From an uncultured bacterium (GTDB lineage: Bacteria > Patescibacteriota > Patescibacteriia > UBA1558 > GWA2-36-10), in NCBI GenBank assembly GCA_903855135.1, contig CAINYB010000014.1, forward strand, positions 1-55,654: a DNA stretch of 55,654 nucleotides, given 5' to 3'. Each line of letters begins with the position of its first letter. Position 1 is the stretch's first letter. The notes below the pieces were generated by a model. The model did no database searches. It was not told where the DNA came from and saw nothing but the letters and a program-made list of their open reading frames with translations. The translations under genes and the position numbers were made by a program. This document shows positions 46,159-55,654 of the stretch, in pieces.

Positions 46159-48180
46159 GTGTTTAAAAAAATAATTTCTTCTTTTTTGTTTGTTAGCTTT
46201 TTGCTTATTTTTCCTCATAATTTATTGGCTTTTAGTCAGACTTACCAGCCACAAGAGGCGAGTATGGGTTTTCAACGCTATTTTGATACTATAAATTTAA
46301 GTCCGACTTGGTCCGATGAGATAAAAGTCAATAAAGAAGTGGTAGTAGCTGTTTTAGACTCCGGCATGGATCTCGACCACATTGACTTATTAGCTAATCT
46401 TTGGGTAAATAGCGAAGAAATAGCTTTTAATAACCAGGACGATGATAACAATAGCTATATCGATGATATAAATGGCTGGGATTTTATCGATAGTGATAAT
46501 TCACCACAGCCAAATTTTTCTACTAATTATGATCGGACAGCGGTCAATCACGGCACAGTCATTGCTGGTATTATTGCTGCAGGCAAAAATAACCTTGGCC
46601 TTTTAGGCATTGCACCCCAAGTCAAGATTATGCCTTTGCGTATTTTAGATGATTATGGTCAAGGTAATACTTTGGTTTTAGCACAAGCGATTAATTATGC
46701 GGTAGAAAATGGTGCTGATGTGGTTAACCTTAGTTTAGTGGGCCGTGCTTATGATGATGTGTTAAAAGAGGCAATCGAAAATGCTTATGATCATGGAGTG
46801 ATGATCGTAGCTGCTTCTGGTAATGAGGAAGTAAATGGTATTGATTTAAACACTGATCCACGCTATCCAGTCTGTGAGGTGGATGAAATAAATCGGGTTT
46901 TAGGTGTGGCCGCTTTAGATGAAAGTAAAAATTTGGCTGATTTTTCAAATTTTGGTTCAAACTGTATCGATATTTCCGCACCAGGAGCAAATTTTTACGC
47001 TACAGTTTTTCATGACGCTCGTTTTAATGAGTTTAGCCAATATTACAGCAGTGGCTGGTCTGGTACTTCGGTAGCGGCACCAGTAGTGACAGCAACCGCG
47101 GCTTTGATTAAACAACAGTTTCCCCAATTTAGACCTAATGAAATTTATCAACTTATAAAACAAAGTGCTAAAAGTTTAAGTGCAAACAGTAACGCGGTTG
47201 ATTTGGGTGCTGGTTTGATTGATGTCGGGGCGGCTTTAAATCTAGCGCAAAGTCAAGCTTCGGCCACGCGTAATATTATTTTAGCTCCAGATAAAGGATT
47301 AAAACCAGAAATTAAAATTTTAAATGACAAAGGCCAAGAAGAGTCTAAGTGGTTGGTCTATAATGCTAAATTCACCGGTGGTGTCAATCTCGCTATCGGT
47401 GATGTCAATGGCGACGGTGTCAAAGAAATCATCACCGCTCCTAAAGCTGGTGGAGGGCCACATGTCAGAATTTTTAATAGAGATGGCGTAGTGTTGTCAG
47501 AATTCATGGCTTATAATGCTAAATTCACCGGTGGTGTCAATCTAGCGGTCAGTGATATGGATGGTGATGGTAAAGATGAGATTATCACCGCACCTTTGAG
47601 TAATGGTGGGCCACATGTCAGAATTTTTGACTGGCAAGGTAATTTACGCCAACAATTTTTTGCTTATGAAGATAAATTCACTGGCGGTGTCAATCTCGCC
47701 GTCGGTGATCTTGATCAAGATGGAAAAAATGAAATAGTCACTGCCCCAGCTGCTAAGCATAGCCCAGAAATAAAAACTTGGAATTTTTCTGCGCAAAAAT
47801 TAAGCAGCTTTTTAGCTTACGATGCGAAAATGCTAGATGGTGTCAAAATTAGCGTCGGTGACGCTAATGCTGATGACTGGCAAGAAATCGTCACTGCTCC
47901 CTCGGCTAATCAGAAAATGGACATCAAACTTTTTAGCAGCAAAGGGCGTGTTAAGGGTCAATTTTTAGCCTATAATAGCCAATTTAAGGCTGGCGCGGAA
48001 CTGGTAGTGGCTGATCTGTCCGGAGACTCTTGGCCGGAAATTTTGACTTTAGCCCATAAAGGTTCAGTGGCGATCTTAAAAGTTTATGATTATTTAGGTT
48101 TAGAAAAAGATAGTTTTTATTTAAGTGGCACTAATGATAAAAACGGTTATCAGTTTGGTATTTTAGCTTATTCATTATAA
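46159..48180 (+). CDS. S8 (subtilisin) family serine peptidase with FG-GAP repeats
   Basis: Signal peptide; VLDSG, HGTVIAG, AASGN, SGTSVAAP; GDVNGDG..EI repeats. Confidence 0.93.
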   Translation: MFKKIISSFLFVSFLLIFPHNLLAFSQTYQPQEASMGFQRYFDTINLSPTWSDEIKVNKEVVVAVLDSGMDLDHIDLLANLWVNSEEIAFNNQDDDNNSYIDDINGWDFIDSDNSPQPNFSTNYDRTAVNHGTVIAGIIAAGKNNLGLLGIAPQVKIMPLRILDDYGQGNTLVLAQAINYAVENGADVVNLSLVGRAYDDVLKEAIENAYDHGVMIVAASGNEEVNGIDLNTDPRYPVCEVDEINRVLGVAALDESKNLADFSNFGSNCIDISAPGANFYATVFHDARFNEFSQYYSSGWSGTSVAAPVVTATAALIKQQFPQFRPNEIYQLIKQSAKSLSANSNAVDLGAGLIDVGAALNLAQSQASATRNIILAPDKGLKPEIKILNDKGQEESKWLVYNAKFTGGVNLAIGDVNGDGVKEIITAPKAGGGPHVRIFNRDGVVLSEFMAYNAKFTGGVNLAVSDMDGDGKDEIITAPLSNGGPHVRIFDWQGNLRQQFFAYEDKFTGGVNLAVGDLDQDGKNEIVTAPAAKHSPEIKTWNFSAQKLSSFLAYDAKMLDGVKISVGDANADDWQEIVTAPSANQKMDIKLFSSKGRVKGQFLAYNSQFKAGAELVVADLSGDSWPEILTLAHKGSVAILKVYDYLGLEKDSFYLSGTNDKNGYQFGILAYSL

Positions 48181-48215
48181 AAAGACAGAGATATAAAACC
48201 CTAGTATTTCCCTGA

Positions 48216-48233
48216 TCCCCGCGTACGCGGGGA
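48216..48233. repeat. GC-rich perfect palindrome (family variant)
   Basis: TCCCCGCGTACGCGGGGA. Confidence 0.8.
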
Positions 48234-48260
48234 AGGCGGGGAAGTATCCAGAATTATTAT

Positions 48261-48680
48261 ATGTATACTTTGGAACAATTTAGAGTAAATTTAAAAAAAT
48301 ATCCTATTATTAAACAGTTTATTAAGTTTGGTTTAATTGGTGTTTTAAATACTCTTATTGATTTGTTGGCTTATATTTTTTTTACGCGTATTTTATTTTG
48401 GCATTATTTAATAGCAGCTTTTTTAGCATTTGTGATTGCTGCTAGTTTTAGTTTTATTTTAAATAGTTATTGGACCTTTGAAGTCTTACAAGATAAATTT
48501 AAACAAAGATATGCAAAATTTTTTTTGGTGGCTTTAGGTGGTTTATGTTTAACGGAATTATTTTTGTATATTTTAGTAGATAAGTTTTTCTGGCATGACT
48601 TGTGGGCAAAAATTTTGACCGTATTGCTTGTAGTAAATTGGAATTTTTTCTTACAAAAATATTGGACTTTTAAAAAATAG
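48261..48680 (+). CDS. GtrA family protein
   Basis: QFIKFGLIGVLNTLID, SFILNSYWTF, NFFLQKYWTF. Confidence 0.92.
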   Translation: MYTLEQFRVNLKKYPIIKQFIKFGLIGVLNTLIDLLAYIFFTRILFWHYLIAAFLAFVIAASFSFILNSYWTFEVLQDKFKQRYAKFFLVALGGLCLTELFLYILVDKFFWHDLWAKILTVLLVVNWNFFLQKYWTFKK

Positions 48681-48690
48681 TAAAAATCAG

Positions 48691-49398
48691 ATGACAGAAA
48701 TCAGTGTAGTTATTCCTACTTACAATGAAGAAGCAAAAATCAGCGAGACCTTAAAATCAGTGCTGTCTTATTTATCCAAAAATTTTGCGAGTTTTGAAGT
48801 GATAGTAGTAGACGATGGCTCTTGTGACCATACTTTGCGAGAAGTAAAAAAATATGCAGAAGTAAAAATTTTAAAGAATTTAGTAAATCATGGTAAAGGC
48901 TATACAGTCAAAAAAGGTGTTTTAGCAAGCCAAGGTAAATTAATTTTATTTATGGATGCTGATAACTCGACAGATATTTCCGAATTAAAAAAATTACAGC
49001 CTTATAGCAATGATTTTCCCGTGGTGATCGCTTCACGAGCGATTGACCAGGCGCAAGTGCTAAAAAGACAAAATTTAATAAAAGTTTTTTTAGGTCGTCT
49101 AGGAAATAAACTCATCAAATATACTTTAGGTTTAAAGATTAATGATACGCAGTGTGGGTTTAAATTATTTCAAGCACAGACTAAGGGTTTATTTGAAAAA
49201 TTAACTATTAAGCGTTGGGGTTTTGATTTTGAATTGTTATTTTTAGCGAAAATATTTCATTATCCTGTAAAAGAAGTGCCAGTGACATGGTTTAATTATA
49301 CAGGATCTAGAGTCACTGGTATGGCTTATTTGCAGACTTTAGCACAAGTATTTCAGGTGAGAATAAATTATTTATTAAGTAAATATAAAGTAAACTAA
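48691..49398 (+). CDS. GT2 glycosyltransferase (dolichyl/polyprenyl-phosphate glucosyltransferase-like)
   Basis: SVVIPTYNE, VDDGS, FMDAD, DTQCGFKLF, WGFDFE. Confidence 0.9.
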   Translation: MTEISVVIPTYNEEAKISETLKSVLSYLSKNFASFEVIVVDDGSCDHTLREVKKYAEVKILKNLVNHGKGYTVKKGVLASQGKLILFMDADNSTDISELKKLQPYSNDFPVVIASRAIDQAQVLKRQNLIKVFLGRLGNKLIKYTLGLKINDTQCGFKLFQAQTKGLFEKLTIKRWGFDFELLFLAKIFHYPVKEVPVTWFNYTGSRVTGMAYLQTLAQVFQVRINYLLSKYKVN

Positions 49399-49407
49399 CT
49401 CTATGAT

Positions 49408-49556
49408 TTCTCCGCCTATGGCGGAGAAGAACAGAGTAAAGATTATAATTATTCCTCCGTTAGGCGGAGAAAAAGAGAGTAGATTTAATAATTATTTCGC
49501 CGTTAGGCGGAGAAAAAGAGAGTAGATTTAATAATTATTTCGCCGTTAGGCGAAAA
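49408..49556. repeat. 43 bp tandem repeat carrying a hairpin (2 exact units, 1 partial, 1 degenerate)
   Basis: CCGTTAGGCGGAGAAAAAGAGAGTAGATTTAATAATTATTTCG at 49457 and 49500, restarting at 49543. Confidence 0.93.
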
Positions 49557-49574
49557 AAGTATAATGAAAATTTT

Positions 49575-50600
49575 ATGAAAAACAGTATTTTAAATGAAAA
49601 CAAAAATATTTTAGTGCTCGGTGGGGCTGGTTTTATCGGCTCACATTTATGTGAGGTTTTAGTTAAGCAGGGGCACAATGTAGTTTGTGTAGATAATTTT
49701 GTTTCTTCCGATGTAGAAAATATCAAAGGTTTATTGGAGTTTCCAAATTTTGAATTTATTCGACACGATATAAACCAAGTTTTAGAACCAGAAACTTTAC
49801 CAGAATTAGTGAAATTTAAAGTAGAAGTATTTGGTTTTCATGAGATTTATAATTTTGCCTGCCCAACTTCAGCTAAAGAATATACTAAACTGCCAGTAGA
49901 AACAGCCACTTCAAATTCAGTGGGCGTGATCAATAGCTTGGAGCTAGCTCGCAAATATAAAGCAAAATACTTTTTAGCTTCTACATCTTCTGTCTATGGC
50001 CAAGCCCCAGTTGACTATAAGCCGGTAAAAGAAGATTATTATGGTTTATTAGATTTTTTAGGTCCGCGTGCTTGTTATAATGAAGGTAAAAGATTCGCTG
50101 AGACTTTAGTCACTACTTATCGAGATTTTTATAAATTAGATGTTCGTATTGCTCGTATTTTTTCTACTTATGGCCCACGTATGCTTGAGCACAGTGGTCG
50201 TAGAATTCCTGATTATATCCAAGAAGCTTTGAATAGTAATGAGGTAATGATTGCTGGTGATGAAAAATTATCTTATAGTTTTTGTTATATCACCGATATG
50301 GTACAAGGTATTTCAGCACTGATGAATTCGGATATCAAAGATCCAGTGAATCTAGGATCTGAACAAGTTTATACTTTAAAAGCTATTGCGGAAAAAATTA
50401 TTAAGCTACTTAATATTGAAGCGTCGATTAAACACAGGGAAGGTTTTGCTTATTTGAATCAACCAGCGATTCCAAATATTGATAAAGCAAAAACAGAATT
50501 GAATTGGTTTCCTTTGGTGCCGATAGAGCAGGGCTTGCAAGAGACTATCAATTATTTACGAGCAAAATCAATTTCTTATCAACCATTCTTAAATAAATAA
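49575..50600 (+). CDS. NAD-dependent epimerase/dehydratase, UDP-glucuronate decarboxylase-like
   Basis: GGAGFIGSHL, FACPTS, GPRACYNEGKRFAET, ARIFSTYGPRM. Confidence 0.85.
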   Translation: MKNSILNENKNILVLGGAGFIGSHLCEVLVKQGHNVVCVDNFVSSDVENIKGLLEFPNFEFIRHDINQVLEPETLPELVKFKVEVFGFHEIYNFACPTSAKEYTKLPVETATSNSVGVINSLELARKYKAKYFLASTSSVYGQAPVDYKPVKEDYYGLLDFLGPRACYNEGKRFAETLVTTYRDFYKLDVRIARIFSTYGPRMLEHSGRRIPDYIQEALNSNEVMIAGDEKLSYSFCYITDMVQGISALMNSDIKDPVNLGSEQVYTLKAIAEKIIKLLNIEASIKHREGFAYLNQPAIPNIDKAKTELNWFPLVPIEQGLQETINYLRAKSISYQPFLNK

Positions 50601-50606
50601 AATATC

Positions 50607-51521
50607 ATGAAGATTATTGTCACTGGTGGCGCTGGTTTTATTGGTTCAAATTTAGTTGATGCTTTAGTAAATGCTAATCATCAAGTTTTGATTTTAGATG
50701 ATTTAAGTACTGGCTTAAAAACAAATTTAAATTCACAGGCAAAATTTATTCAGCTCGATATAGCTGATGATAAGGTGTCTGATATTTTTTTAGATTTTAA
50801 AGCGGATATTGTTTATCATTTGGCCGCACAAAAAAATGTCAGAACTTCTTTATTGAATCCTAAAAAAGATGCGGAGACTAACATTTTAGGTTCGTTAAAT
50901 ATTTTATCAGCCGCTATTCAAAGTGAAGTTAAAAATTTTGTTTTTATTTCTACTGGTGGTGCAATTTATGGTGATACGGAGATCATTCCCACACCAGAAG
51001 ATCATCTAGAGCAGCCACTTTCTCCTTATGGTTTAGCAAAATTAACTTTTGAAAAATATCTAAAACTTTTAAGTGGCGATAAAATGAATTGGCAAATTTT
51101 ACGCTTAGCCAATGTCTATGGTCCACGTCAAGATCCACAAGGCGAAGCAGGAGTGATTGCTATTTTTTTAGATAATATTGTCAAAAATTTACCTCTAAAA
51201 ATAAATGGTGATGGTTTGCAAACTCGAGATTATGTTTATGTCAAAGATGTGGTTTCAGCGGCTATGAGTGTTTTAGATAAAAAGACAAATGGTTTGTACA
51301 ATATCGCTACTGCTAAAGAAATTTCTTTATTAGATTTAGTAGCGGATTTAAAAATTTTGAGTGCTAAAGAAATCATAGTCGAGCATCAACCAGCTATTAT
51401 CGGAGAAATACAGCGTAGTTGTTTGACTAGTTTGAAGGCTAAAGAAGATTTGTCTTGGACCGCAAAGTATGATTTAAAGACAGGCTTAAAAGAAACGTGG
51501 GATTGGTTTATCAATAAATAA
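50607..51521 (+). CDS. NAD-dependent epimerase (UDP-glucose 4-epimerase-like)
   Basis: TGGAGFIGS, STGGAIYG, SPYGLAK, NVYGPRQDP. Confidence 0.9.
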   Translation: MKIIVTGGAGFIGSNLVDALVNANHQVLILDDLSTGLKTNLNSQAKFIQLDIADDKVSDIFLDFKADIVYHLAAQKNVRTSLLNPKKDAETNILGSLNILSAAIQSEVKNFVFISTGGAIYGDTEIIPTPEDHLEQPLSPYGLAKLTFEKYLKLLSGDKMNWQILRLANVYGPRQDPQGEAGVIAIFLDNIVKNLPLKINGDGLQTRDYVYVKDVVSAAMSVLDKKTNGLYNIATAKEISLLDLVADLKILSAKEIIVEHQPAIIGEIQRSCLTSLKAKEDLSWTAKYDLKTGLKETWDWFINK

Positions 51522-51523
51522 AC

Positions 51524-52189
51524 ATGAAAATTTTCGTCATCATTCCAGCTTATAATGAGGCTAAAAATATCGGCAAAGTTTTGCAAGACTTGGCGGACTT
51601 AAAATATCAAGTAGTAGTAGTTGATGATGCTTCTCAAGATAAAACTAGTGAAATTGTTTTAAAATTTCCTAAAGTTGTTTTGTTGCGTCATCGCTTAAAT
51701 CGTTATCAAGGTGCCGCTTTAGAAACTGGTAATCAATATGCTTTAAAACATGGTGCTGACATCATCGTGCATTTTGACGCTGATGGCCAATTTTTAGTGT
51801 CTGATATCGCAGGAGTAATCAAGCCAATTATTGAAGATGATTACCAAGTAGTTTTAGGCTCTCGTTTTTTAGGTAAAAAATCAGAGTTGCCAAAGTTAAA
51901 AGAATATATATTTTTTCCTTTAGCAAGATTAGTAAACTATTTATTTTTTAATATCACCACCACTGATCCGCAAAGCGGTTTTCGGGCCTTTTCCAAAGAT
52001 GTAGCAGAAAAATTAAAAATAGAGCAAGATGGTATGGCTCATTGTAGTGAAATTTTAGCGAAAATTTTTCAGCATAAATTAAAAGTAAAAGAAGTGCCGA
52101 TCACTGTTTTGTATCATCATTTTGGTCAAAATTTTGGTGGTGGTTTAAAAATTATTAAAGATTTATTATTTAGTAAAATAAGCAAATGA
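51524..52189 (+). CDS. GT2 glycosyltransferase (DPM1-like)
   Basis: IIPAYNE, VDDAS, FDADGQ, GSRF, DPQSGFRA. Confidence 0.9.
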   Translation: MKIFVIIPAYNEAKNIGKVLQDLADLKYQVVVVDDASQDKTSEIVLKFPKVVLLRHRLNRYQGAALETGNQYALKHGADIIVHFDADGQFLVSDIAGVIKPIIEDDYQVVLGSRFLGKKSELPKLKEYIFFPLARLVNYLFFNITTTDPQSGFRAFSKDVAEKLKIEQDGMAHCSEILAKIFQHKLKVKEVPITVLYHHFGQNFGGGLKIIKDLLFSKISK

Positions 52190-52518
52190 TAGTTTTACAA
52201 ATTTTAGTCAGCATTTTTGTTTTGATAGTTTTAGGAAAATTATTTAAACAATGGCATAATGAGAAAATAACTTTGGCTAATTTTTTATTGTGGTGTTTAC
52301 TATGGCTAGCAGTTTTGCTAGTATTTTGGCAGCCAGACCTTACTTCTTATTTAGCCAATTTTTTAGGTATTGGCCGTGGTGCGGATTTGATAATTTATCT
52401 AGCAATTTTAGTGATAGTTTATTTAGTTTTTAGAGTTTTTGTGCGTTTACAAAAGTTAGAAAAAGATTTAACGAAATTAATCAGAGATGAAGCTATAAAA
52501 AATGCAGAAAAAAGATAA
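52186..52518 (+). CDS. DUF2304-like membrane protein
   Basis: Three TMs, LGIGRGADL, LTKLIR; coupled to DPM1-like GT2. Confidence 0.8.
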   Translation: MIVLQILVSIFVLIVLGKLFKQWHNEKITLANFLLWCLLWLAVLLVFWQPDLTSYLANFLGIGRGADLIIYLAILVIVYLVFRVFVRLQKLEKDLTKLIRDEAIKNAEKR

Positions 52519-53554
52519 AATTTTTATCATTATACCTAGCTATAACGGGGTAGATTATTTTCATAGTTTATTACCACAGCTAAAAAAAGAGCAATATCTA
52601 GATTTTGATTTAGAGATTGTAATTGTTGATGATGCCTCTAAAGATGATTCGGTAGAGTTTATCAAAAATAATTTTCCAGAATTTACTTTGTTGCAAAGTA
52701 AAATTAATTCTGGCTATGTGGGAGCAAATAATCTCGGTTATCAATATGCTCAAAAAGTAAAAGCAGATTTTATTTATTTATTAAACCAAGACACAGAGAT
52801 AGAGGCTGGTTTTTTACAGCCTTTATATAACTTTGCTAAAACACATAAATTTGGCACCTTACAATCAAAACTTAGACTTTATCCGGAAACAAATAAAATA
52901 AATACCTTGGGCAATGTCATTCATTTTTTGGGTTTTGGTTATGGCAGCAATGGTGGTAGTATAGATAAAAATGATCAAGAAATCATCAAAATAAATTATG
53001 CTTCGGGAGCAGGCGAGCTAGTTTCGATGAAAGCCTTAGCAGATTTAGGCTATCTATTTGACGAGACTATGTTTGCTTATCTAGAGGATTTAGATTTAGG
53101 CTGGTCATTAAAGCTTTTGGGCTATGATAATTATTTAGTGCCAGAGAGTGTGATTTATCACAAATACGAATTTTCTCGTAGCATGAAACAAGTTTATTGG
53201 TTTGAGCGTAACCGTTTGTGGGTTATGCTTAAAAATTATAAATTAGCCACTTTAGTGCTATTCTTTCCTGCTTGGTTTATTATGGAGTTTGGGCAATTAT
53301 ATTTTGCGTGGCGTAATAATTATTTAAAAAATAAAATAAAAGCCTATAAATGGATTTTTTCTAGCAAAGAATGGAGTATACTACTTGCTAAAAGAAAAAA
53401 TATTCAAGCTAAAAGAGTTATTGGTGATAGAGAGATTTTAGCTAATTTTTCGGGAAAGATTTTATTTCAAGCCTTAGCCTCACCTTTATTAAGCATTGCT
53501 AATATATTTTTTAATATATATTTTACTTTAATCCGTTATTTTATTTTTTGGTAA
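52502..53554 (+). CDS. GT2 glycosyltransferase
   Basis: VDDAS, NSGYVGANN, LLNQD, FAYLEDLD. Confidence 0.9.
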   Translation: MQKKDKIFIIIPSYNGVDYFHSLLPQLKKEQYLDFDLEIVIVDDASKDDSVEFIKNNFPEFTLLQSKINSGYVGANNLGYQYAQKVKADFIYLLNQDTEIEAGFLQPLYNFAKTHKFGTLQSKLRLYPETNKINTLGNVIHFLGFGYGSNGGSIDKNDQEIIKINYASGAGELVSMKALADLGYLFDETMFAYLEDLDLGWSLKLLGYDNYLVPESVIYHKYEFSRSMKQVYWFERNRLWVMLKNYKLATLVLFFPAWFIMEFGQLYFAWRNNYLKNKIKAYKWIFSSKEWSILLAKRKNIQAKRVIGDREILANFSGKILFQALASPLLSIANIFFNIYFTLIRYFIFW

Positions 53555-53563
53555 GTATTTTTT

Positions 53564-54706
53564 ATGAAAATTGCAGAAGTCACTTCAACTTTTCCGCCCT
53601 ATAAAGGCGGTATGGGAAATGTCGCGTATTACAATGCTTGGTCTTTGGCAACTTTGGGTCATGATGTCACAGTTTTTACACCAAAGTATAAAAAAATAAA
53701 AAATCAAGAAGAATTACCTTTTCAGGTGAAGCGTTTGCGTCCTTGGTTTAGTTATGGTAATTCTGGTGTTTTGCCACAATTGTTATGGCAATTACCAAAG
53801 TTTGACATCGTACATTTGCATTATCCATTTTTTGGTGGAGCCGAAATTATTTATTTTTTGGACAAAATCAAAGATATTAAATTAGTTGTCACTTATCACA
53901 TGGATGTAGTAGGGGATGGACTGCTTGCTAAATTTTTTAAATGGCATACAAATTATGTTTTGCCAAAGATTTTAGATCGAGCTGATAAGATCATCGTCAC
54001 CTCTAAAGATTATGTAAAGTTTTCTAATATTAAAAATCGTTTGCATACAGATAGTGATAAATTTGTGGAAATTCCTTGTGGCGTAAATCATTTTTTATAT
54101 AAACCACGTCCACAAAAAAATGAATTATTACATAAATATGATTTGTATAATAAAGATGTGATTTTGTTTGTTGGCGCTCTAGATAAAGCTCATTATTTTA
54201 AAGGAGTGAATATTTTGATCCAAGCGATGCTAGAGTTTGCAGATTCAGATGATGTCAGATGTTTGATTGTTGGCGACGGTGATTTAAAAAGTACTTATCA
54301 GAGTTTAGTGGATAGTTTGGGCTTGGGTAAAAAGATTATTTTTGCTGGTTTTGTCCCGGATAATGAATTACCGAATCTTTTTAATATCGCTGATATGTTA
54401 GTTTTACCTTCGATAGATAAATCAGAAGCTTTTGGTATCGTCGCCCTAGAAGCGATGTCTTCTGGTTTGCCAGTCGTAGCGACCGATTTGCCTGGTGTGC
54501 GATCAGTGATAGATAAGAGAAAAACTGGTTTGTTAGCTAAGCCGGGTAATGTCGAGCAATTAGCCCAAATGATTAAATATTTATTAGATAATCCACGCAT
54601 CGCTAAACAGTATGGACAAAACGGTCGTGAAAAAGTTTTACAAAAATATACTTGGGATTCAGTTGGCTATAAGCTGGATCATTTGTTTAAAGCTTGTATA
54701 AAGTAA
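53564..54706 (+). CDS. GT4 glycosyltransferase
   Basis: PPYKGG, FVGAL, KG, EAFGIVALEAMSSGLPVV. Confidence 0.93.
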   Translation: MKIAEVTSTFPPYKGGMGNVAYYNAWSLATLGHDVTVFTPKYKKIKNQEELPFQVKRLRPWFSYGNSGVLPQLLWQLPKFDIVHLHYPFFGGAEIIYFLDKIKDIKLVVTYHMDVVGDGLLAKFFKWHTNYVLPKILDRADKIIVTSKDYVKFSNIKNRLHTDSDKFVEIPCGVNHFLYKPRPQKNELLHKYDLYNKDVILFVGALDKAHYFKGVNILIQAMLEFADSDDVRCLIVGDGDLKSTYQSLVDSLGLGKKIIFAGFVPDNELPNLFNIADMLVLPSIDKSEAFGIVALEAMSSGLPVVATDLPGVRSVIDKRKTGLLAKPGNVEQLAQMIKYLLDNPRIAKQYGQNGREKVLQKYTWDSVGYKLDHLFKACIK

Positions 54707-55654
54707 ATGAAAGTAGGAATTATTTCCAATTTATATCCACCTTTTGTTCGTGGGGGCGCAGAGGTGATTGCTAGTCTAGAAGCCAAGGGTTTAAAAGATG
54801 CCTGGCAGCACGTGTTTGTGATTAGCTCAAAGCCTTATCGAGGTCAATCTTCTTTGACTCCTAGCCAAAATGAAGAAGACGGTATTTTAGTTTATCGTTT
54901 TTTTCCTTTAAATATTTTTTATTATTTAAATGATTTTAAATATCCGAGCTTTATCCGTTTGCTTTGGCATTTTTTTGATATTTTTAATATTTTTTCTTAT
55001 TATCAAATTAAAAAAATATTAGAGGCAGAAAAACCTGATGCAATTATTACACATAATCTCATGGGCTTGGGTTTTTTATTACCACGTTTATTAAAAAAAT
55101 TAAAAATAAAACATTTACACACTTTACACGATTTGCAATTAGCCACACCGTCTGGTTTGATTTTATTTAAACAAGAAAATAGTTTTCAGCATACTTTTTT
55201 CAAAATGATTGGTTACGTCAAGCTAATGCGTTATTTATTTGCTTCACCAGATATTGTTATTTCACCTTCAAAATTTTTGATGAGCTACTATCAAAAGTTA
55301 GGATTTTTTCCTAAAAGTAAAAAAGTAGTTTTACCGAATCCAATTAAAAGTATTAAAACTTTAAAGAAAAAAGCTTCTTATAATTTAGAGCTATTATTTT
55401 TAGGACAAGTGCATAGTGCTAAAGGTATTTTGGAGCTGATCAAAAGTTTTAGAGATTTACCTTTGCCAGGCGTGAGGTTAAATATTATTGGTGTGGGTCC
55501 AGATTTAAATACAGCGAAAAAATTAGCTGGCGCTGATCCAAGAATTAGATTTTTTGGTTGGCTAGCCCATCATGAAATGTTACCGATTTTAAGTCGCATG
55601 GACGTTTTGCTAGTACCGTCATTGTGTTATGAAAATTCACCGACTGTTATTTAT
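54707..55654 (+). CDS. GT4 glycosyltransferase (3' truncated by window edge), not in the ORF track
   Basis: MKVGIISNLYPPFVRGGAE.., HNL, TLHD, KG, VPSLCYENSP. Confidence 0.88.
   Translation, partial: MKVGIISNLYPPFVRGGAEVIASLEAKGLKDAWQHVFVISSKPYRGQSSLTPSQNEEDGILVYRFFPLNIFYYLNDFKYPSFIRLLWHFFDIFNIFSYYQIKKILEAEKPDAIITHNLMGLGFLLPRLLKKLKIKHLHTLHDLQLATPSGLILFKQENSFQHTFFKMIGYVKLMRYLFASPDIVISPSKFLMSYYQKLGFFPKSKKVVLPNPIKSIKTLKKKASYNLELLFLGQVHSAKGILELIKSFRDLPLPGVRLNIIGVGPDLNTAKKLAGADPRIRFFGWLAHHEMLPILSRMDVLLVPSLCYENSPTVIY

Noticed and set aside
47359-47700. DGR template/variable repeat pair
   Set aside because: In-frame protein repeats, no adenine-specific mismatch pattern seen, no reverse transcriptase
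49408-49556. CRISPR array
   Set aside because: Sequences between the hairpins are identical or nearly so (no unique spacers) and no cas genes are present; it is a tandem repeat

Overview
AT-rich bacterial DNA (roughly 30-35% GC by spot counts) with almost all genes on the + strand. Gene content and style (long type IV pilin cluster, few Shine-Dalgarno sites, many glycosyltransferases) suggest a Patescibacteria/CPR (Parcubacteria-like) genome; this is inference. Order: type IV pilin cluster with pilM; MacAB-like ABC exporter; CIRCE-controlled hrcA-grpE-hsp20-Zn ribbon-dnaK-dnaJ; an interrupted tRNA-Thr copy, tRNA-Thr(TGT), rpmG, an HTH+LAGLIDADG-like gene whose stop codon lies inside tRNA-Trp(CCA); an approx. 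8.6 kb mosaic island; trypsin-like protease; tautomerase-like orphan; typA, rlmN, HD and FN3 proteins; SAM-I riboswitch-metK; HU; membrane proteins; OLD-family nuclease; EamA; glycoside hydrolase; S8 protease; a surface glycosylation locus running off the end. The island holds an HD hydrolase, a ~50% GC triad (CofE-like ligase, archaeal-type SAM synthetase, HprK-like kinase) and a ~25% GC block (stop-interrupted glycosyltransferase, AroE-like, TIM barrel-Gfo/Idh/MocA fusion, MBL hydrolase). It is the best candidate for an undescribed system. Also notable: the tRNA-overlapping endonuclease-like gene and a family of intergenic GC-rich hairpin elements (CCCGC-N3-GCGGG and TCGACTNCGCTC types) that nest inside each other and inside a tRNA copy. 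All calls are from motif recognition by eye; no searches were run.
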